Source: Cyclobacteriaceae bacterium
GTDB lineage: Bacteria; Bacteroidota; Bacteroidia; Cytophagales; Cyclobacteriaceae
Length of the DNA: 32,000 nucleotides
Assembly: GCA_028285445.1 (NCBI GenBank)
Contig: JANQPQ010000004.1
Span: 90,672-122,671, forward strand
Reading direction: 5' to 3'
A model generated the notes under the pieces. That model saw only the letters and a list, made by a program, of their open reading frames with translations. It did no database searches and was not told the origin of the DNA. Position numbers and translations under genes: made by a program. Numbering within the stretch: position 1 is the stretch's first letter; every line of letters starts with the position of its first letter. Shown in pieces: positions 30,824 through 32,000 of the stretch.

Positions 30824-31838
30824 ACTTTCATTTTGGCTGATGCTATTGCTATTGTCTTTCTCCGCGTTTGCACAGGAGGAGGATGAAGAAGTTACTATAC
30901 GCAAGCAGAATCCACTTAGCAAAAAGGCCGATTTTGATAAGCCAAGACCAAAGATTATAGAACTGGACTACATCTTAGTACAACGATTCCCAGCTATGTC
31001 TACATCTGAAAGCCAGGGAAATAGCCAAGCCGATGTTGACAAGAACAACACCGTTAGATTTAAGATGAAGTTTCCCATTCTTTTAAAGGATAAGACACAA
31101 CTATTTGGCGGATTTAGGTACAGCAGAGAATCATTCAGTTTCGATGATATCAGGGAGACCAATTACGACCTTTATCAGCGGCTAGAAAATAGAAATCTAA
31201 AAGCTGCTTCCATGGAATTGATTTTCCGTAAAACACTTGCTGAAAACAAGTACCTTTTCGCATATGTACAAGGCTCATTAAACAGCGATAAGATCCAGTT
31301 CGAGAATATTCAGAATCAACTGAAGACTACTTTCTCAATAGTTTATAACGTTAGGAAGAATCCCCATACAGAATTTGGCTTTGGTGCTGGCTTCGGCTTT
31401 CAGTTTGGTAGGCCGGTTTACTTTCCAGCCATCATTTATAACCACGATTTTAGCAATCGTTTGTCTTTGTTGTCTCTACTCCCGAAGAAGTTTGATTTTA
31501 GATACACTTTTTCTGAAAAGATGTATTTGTATGCGGGAGTTAAGGCTGGTGGCGCCAGCTACCACATGCAGAACAACCCCGTTTCTGGATTCGAAAATGT
31601 AGAGTTTAGACAGTCAGGTATTTTCTTTAGAGCTAAACTAGAACGCGAGATTTATGACTTTCTCTGGTTCTCCGTTTCCGCTGGTCATCGACAGCCATTG
31701 AACATCTTTATTTCTGAACTGGGTAAAAGAAGGAGAGATAGCATCATCGATGTAGACGCTGACCCATCGCAGTACTTTGAATTATCATTATTTCTGGTAA
31801 TACCCCGAAAGATCTATAAGCGGGCCAAAGGACGCTAG
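30813..31838 (+). CDS. Hypothetical outer-membrane (beta-barrel-like) protein
   Basis: 341 aa. Signal MRNKLSFWLMLLLLSFSAFAQ. There are alternating aromatic/Gly beta-strand-like segments (FGFGAGFGFQFG, YLYAGVKAGGASYH). It overlaps the AI-2E gene by 11 nt. Confidence 0.6.
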   Translation: MRNKLSFWLMLLLLSFSAFAQEEDEEVTIRKQNPLSKKADFDKPRPKIIELDYILVQRFPAMSTSESQGNSQADVDKNNTVRFKMKFPILLKDKTQLFGGFRYSRESFSFDDIRETNYDLYQRLENRNLKAASMELIFRKTLAENKYLFAYVQGSLNSDKIQFENIQNQLKTTFSIVYNVRKNPHTEFGFGAGFGFQFGRPVYFPAIIYNHDFSNRLSLLSLLPKKFDFRYTFSEKMYLYAGVKAGGASYHMQNNPVSGFENVEFRQSGIFFRAKLEREIYDFLWFSVSAGHRQPLNIFISELGKRRRDSIIDVDADPSQYFELSLFLVIPRKIYKRAKGR

Positions 31839-31935
31839 GATGAGCTCTTCTTCCAAAATAGCCAGCACTTCCTGAATCTACTACGCCAGACCTCCCGTTT
31901 AATAGCCTATCTACGTTCATCAAACAAATAACCCT

Positions 31936-32000
31936 ATGAAGTATAAAATTGCTACAATCGTTATTGTCAATCTGGCCGTTGCGTTTCTGTTTGCCTTTAC
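31936..32000 (+). CDS. 5' end of an ORF encoding a hydrophobic N-terminus (signal or TM); truncated by the window edge
   Basis: The ATG at 31936 gives MKYKIATIVIVNLAVAFLFAF... Only 21 codons are visible. Confidence 0.3.
   Translation, partial: MKYKIATIVIVNLAVAFLFAF

Overview
This window looks like a gene-dense (roughly 90-95% coding), Shine-Dalgarno-poor chromosomal segment of a Bacteroidota genome. Supporting signs are lipoprotein-type signals, TAnnTTTG-like -7 boxes and Tat-exported PhoX. I can support about 25 protein genes. I found no rRNA, tRNA, CRISPR array, IS, transposase, integrase or phage gene.

Content, left to right:
- 3' part of a polytopic transporter.
- A Tat-signal aldo/keto reductase.
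- A small ORF followed by a DUF763-like protein.
- Two tandem paralogous secreted proteins.
- A lipoprotein convergent with phoX.
- A MerR/TipAS regulator.
- A tightly coupled galactoside operon: GH63-like lipoprotein, secreted GH2 LacZ, Na+/sugar symporter, GalK.
- An ATP-grasp protein.
- A front-end-type fatty-acid desaturase, followed by a 391-bp non-coding gap.
- A helical lipoprotein with its own terminator.
- A 1017-aa multidomain ABCG-like transporter.
- A YdcF/DUF218 protein.
- An orphan PAS histidine kinase.
- A YbbP-like/YbbA-like ABC pair divergent from a TesA-like SGNH esterase.
- An AI-2E transporter.
- A putative outer-membrane protein.

I do not see a defence island, a mobile element or an obvious new multi-gene system. 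The items that most deserve a second look are:
1. The TerB-like / FHA-like / ABCG transporter, which has a ~237-aa insert in its last extracytoplasmic loop.
2. The DUF763-like protein, whose C-terminal part carries an HhH-GPD-like signature and which is preceded by a 34-nt near-perfect palindrome.
3. The cross-phylum tesA<>ybbA-ybbP-type synteny, with an operator-like palindrome in the divergent gap.
4. The tandem secreted paralogs.
5. The SusCD-less GH63-like + LacZ + SSF + GalK operon.

All family assignments come from motif recognition by eye. No database search was run.
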